A DNA stretch of 64,000 nt. It comes from Psammoneis japonica (lineage: Eukaryota). Position numbers and translations under genes: made by a program. The notes under the pieces are model-generated. The model was not told the DNA's origin and made no database searches. It saw only the letters and a program-made list of their open reading frames with translations. Below, one piece after another: positions 23,496 through 34,181 of this stretch; within the stretch, counting starts at the first letter, position 1, and every line of letters starts with the position of its first letter. The stretch covers positions 186,001 through 250,000 of the forward strand of contig QPGO01000093.1 of the NCBI GenBank assembly GCA_008632985.1, in the 5' to 3' direction.

Positions 23496-25565
23496 ATGGC
23501 ACCTCACCTCACTTTGGCGCACTTTCGTGAGACTATTGACAATGCGAAGACCAACCACAAGTGCATCATGCAACTAAGCAACGGCAACCTAGACAATGGC
23601 CTTTCGAGGTACAAGTTTCCTACAAATCTAAAAGAGGCCTTGACGAGACGAAAGCCATTGGTACATGATCATGATTATGAACAAGAAGGATCTTCCGAAT
23701 CAGGATCACTCAAGCGTTCCCTTTCGGCATTTGACGTGGTTTTGTATGGCGTCGGTGGTTCGATTGGTGCGGGAATTTACGCACTGGTGGGGATTGGTGC
23801 CGAGATTGCAGGCCCTGGAATTGCGCTTTCGTTCTTGGCGTGCGGAACAGCCTGTATCTTTACCTCGCTTGCCTATGCCGAGTTTGCCGCTCGGGTTCCT
23901 GTTGCTGGATCGGCTTATATTTACGGCTATGTCACTTTTGGAGAGCTGTGTGGCTTTCTTTTAGGGTGGTTCTTGACGTTGGGGTACGGATTTACGGCTG
24001 CTGTAGTAGCAAGAGCATGGGCTGAATACCTTGCAGATTTCATTCGTGCATTGATTACACACACAAAAAGAGATGTCAGTGTCGTGTCTCTTCACTTTTT
24101 AACGAGGCTACCCATTCCATGGATTTCACCAGATTATACTTGTTCGCCATTATCGGTTGTTATTATTGCTCTCTGTACATATGTTCTTGTCAGTGGAGCA
24201 AAAGAGAGCTCTCGCTTCAACAATTTCATGACGCTGTTGAATATTTCCGTCTTGTCGTTTGTGGTGTTTTCAGGAGTCGACACAAACTCGATAATGTTGG
24301 ACAACTTGAAGCCATTCTTAACACACGGCATTAGTGGAGTGGCTCGAGGGGCAGGACTTGTGTTTTTTGCGTACATTGGGTTTGACATGGTTGCGTGTTT
24401 GTCAGAAGAGGTCAAGAATCCAAAGCGAAACATGCCAATCGGGATTGTGGGGTCTCTCTTGATCTGCACAGCAGTCTATGTGACTGTTTCTATAGTTGTG
24501 ATCGGAATGGCACCGATAAGTCTTCTTGGAAGAGATGTGCCAATTACGAATGCAATTATCGCCAACGCCTGTTGTACCCACGAAGAGCAACTCCAAGCGG
24601 ACGCTGCGGAACAATGCTTGAACGCATCGTGCACGCCCCTACACAATATTCTCTTTTATGGAAGCAAGCTTGTTTCATTTGGCTCTATCTTTGGGCTGAC
24701 ATCGGGATGCTTTACAAGTTTGATGGGGTGCGTAGTTAGTACTTTCAGTGTTTTGAATGAGTCTCGCTCGCGTGTTTGGCTAACTTCTTTTTTTCTCTCT
24801 GCCCTCCAATTCGACAGGCAACCACGAATATTCTACAAAATGGCGCAGGACGGCTTACTGTTTGAGATTTTTGCCCGCATCGATCCGACAACGCACGTTC
24901 CATCGTTTGGAATACTCATTACCGGAGTCGTCGTGTCGCTTCTTGCCTGTTTTGTCGATCTTGAAGCCTTGGCAAACTTGATCTCCCTCGGCACTCTTAT
25001 GGTGTTTACAAGTGTCGACGCGGGCATTATTATTCTCCGCTTCACCCCAAGCCCTACCGCAGCAGCTCATCGCAATGATGATAAACACTCGCTCTTTACT
25101 GTTGTGTTTACAGCAAGCTCGACGGCAGCCTTTGCGGCATTTACCAATCATTGGGCGTCTGTCGGCATTTTGTGCTTTGTGGTATCAACCTTATCGGCAA
25201 TCATGCTGTTTAGAATACCACAAGTTGAGTTATCGGATGCATCAATGTTTGTTTGCCCCTGTGTGCCGCTCGTTCCCTTGATTGGCATTGTGTGCAACGC
25301 ATACATGATGGGATCTCTACCGGGAGCTGCTTGGCTCTTTGCCTTGGTGTGGTTGGGATTTGGAATTCTCTTGTACTTTTCCTATGGTATTTGGCATTCC
25401 AAGCTTGGCAAGAGGGCCCTATCCAAGTTACGATCTGATATAGTGGACTCATCACCGGGTCAAGAAACGACTCCGCTATGGCGAGGTTTATCCTCCATGT
25501 ATTCGTTTGGTGGTGAAAGCGCAGTCGGTGACGATGAGCTCGTCGGTCTTGATCACGCGACATGA
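23496..25565 (+). CDS. Cationic amino acid transporter (APC superfamily), probable in-frame intron ~24728-24817
   Basis: LKRSLSAFD..YGVGGSIGAGIY, YAEFAARVPVAGSAY, FFAYIGFD, EEVKNPKRNMPIGI, QPRIFYKMAQDGLL, CPCVPLVP, YFSYG.WHS. Start codon uncertain. Confidence 0.92.
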   Translation: MAPHLTLAHFRETIDNAKTNHKCIMQLSNGNLDNGLSRYKFPTNLKEALTRRKPLVHDHDYEQEGSSESGSLKRSLSAFDVVLYGVGGSIGAGIYALVGIGAEIAGPGIALSFLACGTACIFTSLAYAEFAARVPVAGSAYIYGYVTFGELCGFLLGWFLTLGYGFTAAVVARAWAEYLADFIRALITHTKRDVSVVSLHFLTRLPIPWISPDYTCSPLSVVIIALCTYVLVSGAKESSRFNNFMTLLNISVLSFVVFSGVDTNSIMLDNLKPFLTHGISGVARGAGLVFFAYIGFDMVACLSEEVKNPKRNMPIGIVGSLLICTAVYVTVSIVVIGMAPISLLGRDVPITNAIIANACCTHEEQLQADAAEQCLNASCTPLHNILFYGSKLVSFGSIFGLTSGCFTSLMGCVVSTFSVLNESRSRVWLTSFFLSALQFDRQPRIFYKMAQDGLLFEIFARIDPTTHVPSFGILITGVVVSLLACFVDLEALANLISLGTLMVFTSVDAGIIILRFTPSPTAAAHRNDDKHSLFTVVFTASSTAAFAAFTNHWASVGILCFVVSTLSAIMLFRIPQVELSDASMFVCPCVPLVPLIGIVCNAYMMGSLPGAAWLFALVWLGFGILLYFSYGIWHSKLGKRALSKLRSDIVDSSPGQETTPLWRGLSSMYSFGGESAVGDDELVGLDHAT

Positions 25566-25747
25566 ATAGAATACACGTACATGCATATGGTAATATATTT
25601 TGATAAAGTTAACAATTGAATTGAGTTTCAAGGTGTTTAGAGTTCCCTGATATCAGAGCATCACCACTCGCTTTGCAACGGAAACCGATCAGATTCATCT
25701 TATCGACGCAGAGTGCTGCAGACTGCGTCCCGCACTCCTGATTTCAA

Positions 25748-26211
25748 CTACGCACTAGATGTTGGATCATATTCCTGAGCTTCCTTCATCATAGCGTCAT
25801 ATATATCTTGCCCCTCGAAATCTTTTTTCGGCGTTCGTATCAAAACACAGCTGGTGGGTCGCTTGGTGGAGGCGGCTGCTCCCAAATCTTGCTTGGATGG
25901 GACAAAAATGTACGGCACATTGGACTCTTCCAGCAGGACTGGCAAATGCGAAATAACGTCCAGAGGAAAGATATCACCCGCCAGTATTGCCAACCCTTTT
26001 CTCCCTTGCGCAGTCCCTTAACAACCTCCTTGACACCACGGCGAATGTGTTTGATGGACGATGCCTTTTTCACGAGCTTGTGGAGCTTCTTGGTCGATTT
26101 CTTACTCGCCAACGGTTGACTAATTACATTCACAGCTTTCACCCGATCTTCGTAGGACTTGGTAACGGAAGATTTCTCATCCTTATTCTTGGGTGTTTCG
26201 TCGCCCGACAT
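25748..26211 (-). CDS. NHP2: H/ACA snoRNP subunit 2 (L7Ae family), apparent 1-nt frameshift near 25995
   Basis: ISQPLASKK...IRRGVKEVVKGLRKGEKG joins LAILAGDIFPLDVISHLPVLLEE..VPYIFVPSKQDLGAAASTKRPTS in another frame. Confidence 0.88.
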
Positions 26212-26447
26212 GTTTTCTTCGTTGTTGTCGTTGTCTCTTGGGTGTTGCTCGTTTTTGTTGGTTGCGGCGTTTTTTTTTTTTGCGTCTCTGGATGATGCGC
26301 TTTGACGGGATGAGGGGCAGACGTCGTTTCGCGTGTGGTTCGCTTCGGACGAAAGTATTCTAAATTTTTCGAAACTCGATTTCTCCCGGCCTCCGACATC
26401 CGACATGACAGCACACAAAATTGTTGCCTTCGACAATCTGCAACGAT

Positions 26448-27448
26448 GGCGACAGCCGTCGTTCATATTGTTCAGAGGAGTGGAATTAGACGATCGTTCG
26501 ATATGGTTAATGTCACTGCTGCAGCTTATAGAACTTTACTGCTCACCAGCGCAGCTGTAGCTTATCCACTTTCGTGGACGTCACAACCCAATTCGCCTCT
26601 GTTTCGCCGCCCATATCATTGCCAAAGAAGTGGAAACCACGCGACTCATGGAGGAATACCAAGCAACAAGATCCGTGGATATCACCGATCAATTCGCACC
26701 AATTTGCTTCCAGTATCATTGCCAAAGATTGGGAATCACGTGACTCATAGACAATTATCACGACGATGGAACAGCAATAATGACGATTCACCCGAAGAAA
26801 TTCCAGAGGAAATAATCGACCCACAAGAGGAAGAGATAAAACGCATCACATTGGAATGGGTTCGACGTGTTGTGATTGGGTTGAACTTTTGTCCCTTTGC
26901 CGAACGACCTTTGCGAGAAGACAAGTTGAAAATTCACGTTGTATTGGCAACCGATGAAGTTGAAATCATGTCAAACGTATTGTATCAATGCATAGCGACA
27001 AGAAATACCCGGAACGACACTGGTGGTTGCGCCAAATTGCTTTCCGAACGACTTTGAATCGTTCTTGTCCGTAGTGACAACCTTGGAAGAAGACCTAATG
27101 GGACAGTATGATTTGGAGGGAGAGATACAAATCGCGCCTTTTCATCCTTTATTTCAATTTGAGGGGAGTGGGGATGGTATTGACAACTACACAAACAAGT
27201 CTCCCTTCCCGATTTTCCATATTTTGCGAGAAGATGAGGTGGGCAAAGCGGTAGAATCCCTTGGTGGTGACGCGGGCAAAGTGTGGAAACGTAATATTGG
27301 ACTGTTGAACGACTTGCTAGATGAGTTTGGGCGAGATGGAGTAGAAGATATAATGTCTGGTAAAGCGCCACAAGACAAGGACCTTATATCCGAGGTGTTG
27401 AAGCGACATCGGTTGAAGCCATCAGACACCGACCTATCCAAGGACTAG
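26448..27448 (+). CDS. DUF1415-family protein, apparent frameshift near 26990-27020
   Basis: WVRRVVIGLNFCPFA and IQIAPFHPLFQFEG...NYTNKSPFPIFHILRE in consecutive ORFs. Start uncertain. Confidence 0.8.
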
Positions 27449-27603
27449 AGAATTGCCATAGATGATAGAAAGACTTTGCTTTGTTTATTCTAATCCTAAG
27501 ACTGTTCTCTGTGGAGAGAGCAACCTTAGCGTCTACGAGTATGATGTCATGCAAGAATGCGTTAAGGATCCATTCACGTGTCAAAAAGTCCTGGTGCCGG
27601 AAT

Positions 27604-28851
27604 CTAAAACCCGGTCAATCCCTTTCTGACGCGTTTCCATCCCCTACGTTTCTGGCAAGTTGACTGGCTATTGTGCATTGAACCATGCCAGCTCTCAATC
27701 GTTTCCATTTCAATCTTCTCCAATCTGCCAATATGGCTTTCACTAGCTGATTGGTCCTTAGTTCTCAATTCAGAAAATCGACATGCAATCAATAAAGAGC
27801 TCCGATTGATATTCTCTACATATTGCTGCCAATCCAGCTGGTCGGCCCATGCCCTATAGGGATTGCCAATCGCATCTGCACAAGTTAACCATCCAATGAA
27901 AAGAAGGTATTCAAAAAGATATACCAATAGAAACCAAAAGGCTCCCTTTGTAATGCCCTCGTCTTCTCCTTCTTCTGTCTTTTCTTGCAGAACCGCCGCA
28001 AGAAGAAGCATAATCAGGTAAAAACGAACCGTCAAGTGGGTCAGCTGCCGGTATGCCAAAGGAATGGGTAGGCGCTTGAGCGCGTAGAGATCAGCCAACG
28101 CACGTCGACTGGTCACCAGTCCAGCCGAAACCGTAGTGACAACGCCGGCATCCACCCCATACAATTCCTTCCTCTGCAGTTCCTCAATGAGGTCCATAAC
28201 CCATAAGTAGGGAACAACATACTTGTATTCCGATTGTTGCCGATTCAGAATGGCGCCTTCTTTTTCGGTGGCCATTCCATACTTGATGAGATTATCCATG
28301 GATGAAAACTCATGCTCATTCATCTCAAACACGTCCCCTACAACACATGCATGGGCCAAGTTTAGCCATCGAATGAGTGTGAGGCGCACCAGGCTCACAT
28401 CTGATTCCGGGTATGATTTTTCGGCTTTTTCAGGAGACTCTTCTTCGTTGGAAGAGTCATCGGTATCATTTTCATCGTTTTCACGAATTCTCCAGGATAT
28501 TTGGAACGCAAGATCATTCACAGTTCCCATGGCGTTTCCTTCCAAGTTCCGAATCTCTCTCCAGCGGTTGAACATTTGAATGGTGTAGAAACCAAGCATC
28601 AAAGCGATCGCCGCTTGAAAACGACGGGAAATAAAAGTCGCTGCATCCGTAAGATTTCGAACGTTGTCGCTCGTGTCGCTTTCGCCTCTCCACGCATAAT
28701 ACACCGCCGTCAAGGCTGCTGCACAAACCATGAGCGCAATCAAAAGCTCAATCCAAAGCATTTGTACGATTCCACCTTTCCAATGCAGCAACATTCTGAT
28801 CCAGTTGAGGCGCCATGGTGCACCAAACGGGTCCACATATTGCTGTGTCAT
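27604..28851 (-). CDS. Bestrophin-family anion channel
   Basis: LLHWKGGI, LMLGFYTIQMFNRW, PIPLAYRQL, FIGWLTCADAIGNPY and several hydrophobic helices. Confidence 0.85.
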   Translation of the reverse strand: MTQQYVDPFGAPWRLNWIRMLLHWKGGIVQMLWIELLIALMVCAAALTAVYYAWRGESDTSDNVRNLTDAATFISRRFQAAIALMLGFYTIQMFNRWREIRNLEGNAMGTVNDLAFQISWRIRENDENDTDDSSNEEESPEKAEKSYPESDVSLVRLTLIRWLNLAHACVVGDVFEMNEHEFSSMDNLIKYGMATEKEGAILNRQQSEYKYVVPYLWVMDLIEELQRKELYGVDAGVVTTVSAGLVTSRRALADLYALKRLPIPLAYRQLTHLTVRFYLIMLLLAAVLQEKTEEGEDEGITKGAFWFLLVYLFEYLLFIGWLTCADAIGNPYRAWADQLDWQQYVENINRSSLLIACRFSELRTKDQSASESHIGRLEKIEMETIESWHGSMHNSQSTCQKRRGWKRVRKGLTGF

Positions 28852-29185
28852 GTGTGTCTCAGTGTAGTGCTAATACAAATGAGCGAGGGTCTTTAGCCAT
28901 GCCGTTTCTTACTTGTTTCTCTACTCTAGCTTAGAGTGGAAGTATTCTCGAGCAGAGTCAACACTCTAGCTCTATGGTAGAGCGAGAGGGGGGGCCATAA
29001 GCCATAACGCGGGCGGCGAGTTTTTTGGCGGGAAGACGATGACGTCGACGTCGTCGTCTCACGCGTGTCGTATTGCGCGCAATAAGCTACTACCATGCGT
29101 CTCTGAGGCAGTGTGTTGTTTTCTCGCCGATGAAGCCGATGAAGCTCATGATGTCTTCTGCATTTTATGTGTTAGACGTTAGACC

Positions 29186-31100
29186 ATGGTAAAGTTTGGA
29201 GTTCACGCTGACGCCTTTTTGAAGGACAATCAGGGCAACAATCTGTACGTTGTTCCGTACCGACAAGTCCGAGACGACTTTATCGAATCATCATCTGGAA
29301 CCGCTCATGTCTCGTTCGAATCTGAATGGATTACGTGTTTGGGCAAAGCTCGCACAGACTTTGACGAGGCCATGTGTGGTTTGTGGGAACGCGTGTTTCA
29401 AGGGATTGCGTCTTCTGGAGAAGTACGCGGAGCTCCGCCCGAGAAAGCTTTTGGCATGTACTTTTTTCATGCCGGTGTCGAGGCGTCTCAAGAACTACTG
29501 GTGAGCATCAACAGCATCTACGAAACCGCTCTTACCAACGCCGAGGCTTTGAGGAAGTTGGTTAAGAAATATGACAAACAACATCAACAAAATCTTTCTC
29601 CCGTGTTGCTGCCTAGATTGTATGCGTCCAATTTTATTGTCGGTCAGCCGACTCTGGAAGACGGTTTGGGCGTATTACGACATGCCCTGGGGCTCCTCAA
29701 TGAGGATGATATTGATGATGATGATGCGGCTTCGGTGGAATCTTTGCCACAACAAAGAAATGCGGAACGACGAGGGCGACAACACGATGCGACGGTTCAA
29801 CGGCGAAAAGAGGAACTTGCGTGGCTACGAAAGCTGGTGGAGTCCTTTCAGAAAGGATGAAATCCCTTGCATCGTGGCGCATCGAGGCTTTCACAATCCA
29901 CGGGGGTTTAGTGATCGAAGGCCACTGGAAAACTCACTTCAAGCTTACGAAGCGGCCTGGACAAATGGTATTCATTTATGCGAGTGCGACATTGCCTTGA
30001 CGCTAGACGAGAAGCTAGTTTTGGCACACGACGAGGATTTCAGCAGATTGGCACTCGACAAAGATTCTCCCATGTACAAAAACAAGTCCGTGATTTGACG
30101 TTTCGAGAATTGATAAGTTTGCCTCTAAAGAGTGGAATTCGTCCTCCGTTGCTTATTGATGTTTGAGGAGTGCCCGAGCCATTGGGGGAGACTCGCAGTT
30201 GATCATTGAGATCAAACCGGGTAATAACGAGAGCGCTCAAGCATTGGCACGCATGTTTATACGCCATCCTGATTTAATGGAACAGTGCGCCGTCATTATG
30301 AGCTTTGATTTGTATGCTATGCACTCGTTGCGAAATGATTTGGCAGTATTGAAGGGAGCAGATGCGGGTTTGCGACCGGGTCACCGCAGTAAAATGAGTT
30401 TGAGGGACGTGCCGCTATTGGTGGACCCTTCGGATATAGCAGCCGCAGGCGACATTGGTGGGTTCATGCCATTGGGAAGTCACCGGGACTCCTTTGATCA
30501 TTTCGGTGTTGGTCTGACGCTGAGTAGTGCACGCCTCAGCCATCTCGATCTAGTCACCGACAAGGCTTTGCCAGTAGAAGCAGTGTCTCGGCCTCCTGTA
30601 GTTCCACCTGCAACTCCCACGGCTCCTTCTCCTCTGCAGAAACCAACAACTCCACCGAAAGCCAAGCCACCAGAATCGAGTTGCCCAAGCAACAATCTTC
30701 ACCAACGGAGGAAGCAAGTAAACGAAAACTTCCAAAGCTTCTTTTGCTGACAGTCAATGACGAGCCAAAGATTCCGTGTGAGCTTCTGGTGGGCGTAGAA
30801 GAAATGAGCAAAGTCGAGGGTTGGTTGGAGCGAGATGATGGTGCCCTTGACGGTGTGTATATGCAGTTTCAAAAAGAAATGTTGGAGCCGGAGGGATCTG
30901 CTGCTCTTCGAGCTCTGTCGACCAAGTATGCTTTAGGTGTTTGGGGCTACGCGCATAAAGACCCAGACGACTACAAGACCTTTCACCACCTTGTAAAGAA
31001 GGGGAATGTGTCGTATGTAAATTCGGATTTACCAAAGGGCTTTCGAAAGAAAGGTGGGATCATGGGAGGTTTATTCGGGTCGTCTAAACCGAGCAGTTAG
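29186..31100 (+). CDS. SPX domain plus glycerophosphodiester phosphodiesterase (GDPD), several apparent frameshifts (~29850, ~30082, ~30165, ~30690)
   Basis: N-terminal MVKFG and ALRKLVKKYDK (SPX). VAHRGF..PLENSL..CECDIALT.DEKLVLAHD, IIEIKP, IMSFD and YVNSDLP (GDPD) are spread over consecutive ORFs. Confidence 0.82.
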
Positions 31101-31962
31101 TACCCAATCCTACTTCATGCACAAGTGCTCCGGAGAATAGATACCAAAATACAGAGATTAAAAACGTTGAGCTGTGGTACAAACCAAAATCGCTGAATGT
31201 GTTGGTTTTTCAAAGTGTACTTGTGCATCGAATACGATTGGCCTTCCAGTGCTTTCCTGCTGCATATACTCGAGCTGCCCTCGGAAATCAAATTTGGAGT
31301 ACAGCAGTAGACCACGCCGCATCTCTATTCGCTCGCAATATGGAGCGGAAAGCAGGATAAGGACGCGAGAAAGGAGAATCAACGCGAAATTTCCGCTATC
31401 TCCGCATCTAGGTCTAAGGCTTGTAATCAACTTTCTCCAGAACAAGTCGACAGACACAGCACCGGGGATAATGAAGGAGACGTCTTCGCCGACCTTGAAG
31501 AGATCCCACCCACGAGATCAGGACAGATTGAATGATGGAAGGTTGATCGAGAATCACTACAACGAGGGAACGGATTTGAAGCGGAACAGCGAGATGCAGC
31601 ATCTGCAGCGAGATCAACGTGTAAAGACAACGCGGAAAAAGAATCCTGCAAAACACAACAGACATGAACGTTGTGCGTGCTCGTGTCCAGTAGTTTCCTG
31701 ATGATTTCCATGGCTTCTTGACAATGCTGTTCCACTGCATCTAGGACGTGCGGTGCGGCGAGGGCGGTGATAGCGAAGTACCGCGACCGCCAGGTTGCCA
31801 AGGGCTCTGCACCATGCCGAAAGAACCAGAAATGAAAACTATTCCATGCGGTAGATTAGATGCTTATGCTAAGCACACAATATCACTGCAGCAGGTAGTG
31901 GCTTCTAATTGTGGTTCTCGTTACTATGCTACAGTAAACCTACGGTAAGGTAGCTACGTTAT

Positions 31963-32661
31963 TTAATCGGAAGCCATGGCATCTTCGTGATCGCCGGCAA
32001 TTTCGTCTAAAACTTGTGCGAGTGGTTTTTCCATAGCATTCGGTACTGCCATGGCACATGCCGGAGAGAGTGCTCCATTTGTTTCTTCAAATATCTCACG
32101 CCCAAGAATGTTGTAGGTTGTAAGCATTTCATCATTTCGAAACCCGCTAAACATCAAGACGGGACATCCTGGTTCGGGCGACTTATCAGCTCTTGTTTTC
32201 GGCTCGTCCACAAGACTCTCCAGAGCACTTGATAAAGACATTTCCAATACCTTGTCTTTGCTATTGGTTATTCTTGCAAGGGTGACTCCCGCTTTGAATG
32301 CAGTAGGAGCGCCGTCGGATATCATATCCTGAACTTCGTCGTTTGTAATTCCTTCCGGGACCTTATACATGATCAACAAGGGGCCCGGACCAAAGGCCGC
32401 GTTTTCATTCTTATCCAACTTCATAAAATCGCCTTGTCGATTCTGCAAAAACCCAGACATAGAATCTAGGAGGCCCATGCGTAGCACACAACATGAAGAT
32501 GATGGGTTGAAATGCGTGTTGGATCGAGAAGTAGCAGGTCTCTTCATCGCAGGCGCAAACGCAATCAGCTTGTTTCGAACCGCGATAACTTCAACCAAGC
32601 TCGCTTGGAATATCACCAACGCAACCAGCAGTGATGTCAGCCTGCTTGAACCAACCATCAT
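31963..32661 (-). CDS. Signal-peptide protein, DUF3783-like, possibly plastid-targeted
   Basis: Hydrophobic N-terminus with IAFAP. C-terminal PVLMFSGF...PACAMAVPNAMEKPLAQVLDEIAGDH. Confidence 0.65.
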   Translation of the reverse strand: MMVGSSRLTSLLVALVIFQASLVEVIAVRNKLIAFAPAMKRPATSRSNTHFNPSSSCCVLRMGLLDSMSGFLQNRQGDFMKLDKNENAAFGPGPLLIMYKVPEGITNDEVQDMISDGAPTAFKAGVTLARITNSKDKVLEMSLSSALESLVDEPKTRADKSPEPGCPVLMFSGFRNDEMLTTYNILGREIFEETNGALSPACAMAVPNAMEKPLAQVLDEIAGDHEDAMASD

Positions 32662-33065
32662 TTCTCGTTTCGGTATTATCTTGGAGAGCTGCCTCGAGCG
32701 CCTTGCTTCACGATGTCACAAAATCGAAAAGAGATTAGATTTTTGATTTTTTGTTGACGTCAGATGGACGTCAGTGAATCTTCTGTTCTGTGTACTGTGA
32801 AATGAAACATTCATTCACGTAATATAATATATACCTGTCCATTTTCACTTTATTTAGCTCAAGGTAAAAGCTCGTGTAGTCTACAGTTTCAACGTAGAAT
32901 ATGTACTAAATGAACAAGAAGACGGTTCGCGCTCTTTTTGCTTGTCTTCGCCAACACCCACAAACGAACCAACAGCACGAACACAACACGCAACCAGCAA
33001 CCGGCGGCGCCCGCTGCGCAACAACGCAACCAACATTCAACACTTCAACATAGCATACCGATACC

Positions 33066-33734
33066 ATGGCTGACCGAGACGATCCCGAACACGTAAGCTT
33101 CAAGGACGAGGTGGTCGTCCTGCATTCAAAGGATTATGTTCCAGAGACTCCCATTGAATTAAAAATGGCTGAAGCTCTGAGGGAAATCACGAGGGCAGAG
33201 GGACGTCAGAAGCCGAAACTCCCCAAGATACAACTTCAGTTCCCAAAGGCGGCGCAGTCTTTTCGGGAAATGAAGGATGCTTTTCACGAGGTGGATACTG
33301 ATAAGAATGGCCGTATTGACCTTGCTGAAATCACTACCGCCTTTCGAAAGGTTGGTGGGACAGCCTCAGATCATGAAATTCATGAGCTGTTCCAGGTGGC
33401 AGACACCGACAACAACAAAGAGCTCACCTTTAAAGAGTTTGTTGTCTTTCTCTGCGTATGTTCGCTTACGGGACATATTTCGGAGGACGCGCATTTGGAC
33501 GCAGCTTTCAAGGTGGCTGTAGATGCCTTTGACGTGTTCGATTATAACAACGAAGGAGTGATTGTGTTTTCGGAACTTCATCAGGCAATGGATGATCGGG
33601 GAATCGCGTCGCCGGAGCTCCTCATGGCTCGTATGAAAGAAATGGACCAAGACGGTAACGGTTACGTCATCTTTCCGGAGTTTCTAATGGCGTTCATGGA
33701 TTGGGTTGGAATTGACGAGGACGAAGAAGATTGA
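33066..33734 (+). CDS. Calmodulin-like protein with 4 EF hands
   Basis: DTDKNGRIDLAE, DTDNNKELTFKE, DYNNEGVIVFSE, DQDGNGYVIFPE. Confidence 0.92.
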   Translation: MADRDDPEHVSFKDEVVVLHSKDYVPETPIELKMAEALREITRAEGRQKPKLPKIQLQFPKAAQSFREMKDAFHEVDTDKNGRIDLAEITTAFRKVGGTASDHEIHELFQVADTDNNKELTFKEFVVFLCVCSLTGHISEDAHLDAAFKVAVDAFDVFDYNNEGVIVFSELHQAMDDRGIASPELLMARMKEMDQDGNGYVIFPEFLMAFMDWVGIDEDEED

Positions 33735-34181
33735 GTTTGAAGTTGGGATTGAGTGTGTTCCGGTTGAGGAGCTAAATTTTCTGGTGTTGTGGTGTTCTCG
33801 CGGAGCGAGCAGGACACATGCTTGGAAACTGCAGTAAGATTAACATTTGTAATTGATGAGTTGTGTGGTGTTCTTCCTACTACTTGTACTGTAATGTGTA
33901 AACTACTGCAGCCAACAAAACGACAACGCAGCGCTCGTCGTCTCAGCCACATTTCCAACCGTAACTTACAATCGAACGTGCATTCCCCGCCCCAAGACAG
34001 CCGTCATCACCATCGCTTCCTTGTTGGGTTCCCAAATAACAATTCGATATTGCAATCAACAACAGACCATCCTCCCTATTTCATATTTGCCCCTTTCTCA
34101 AATGCATACGGAACGGCGAGTTAGGTAAGAAGAGCTCAGAAGCTACAACATGGGGCGATATCTGAAGATTCAAGAACTATC

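Noticed and set aside
29186..31100. Programmed ribosomal frameshifting in SPX-GDPD or NHP2
   Set aside because: Many unrelated genes show similar breaks without clear slippery-site structure, so sequencing indels are more parsimonious.
31115..31950. ORFs of 99-175 aa between SPX-GDPD and the DUF3783-like gene
   Set aside because: No recognisable motif, and overlapping frames conflict, so I cannot support a gene call.
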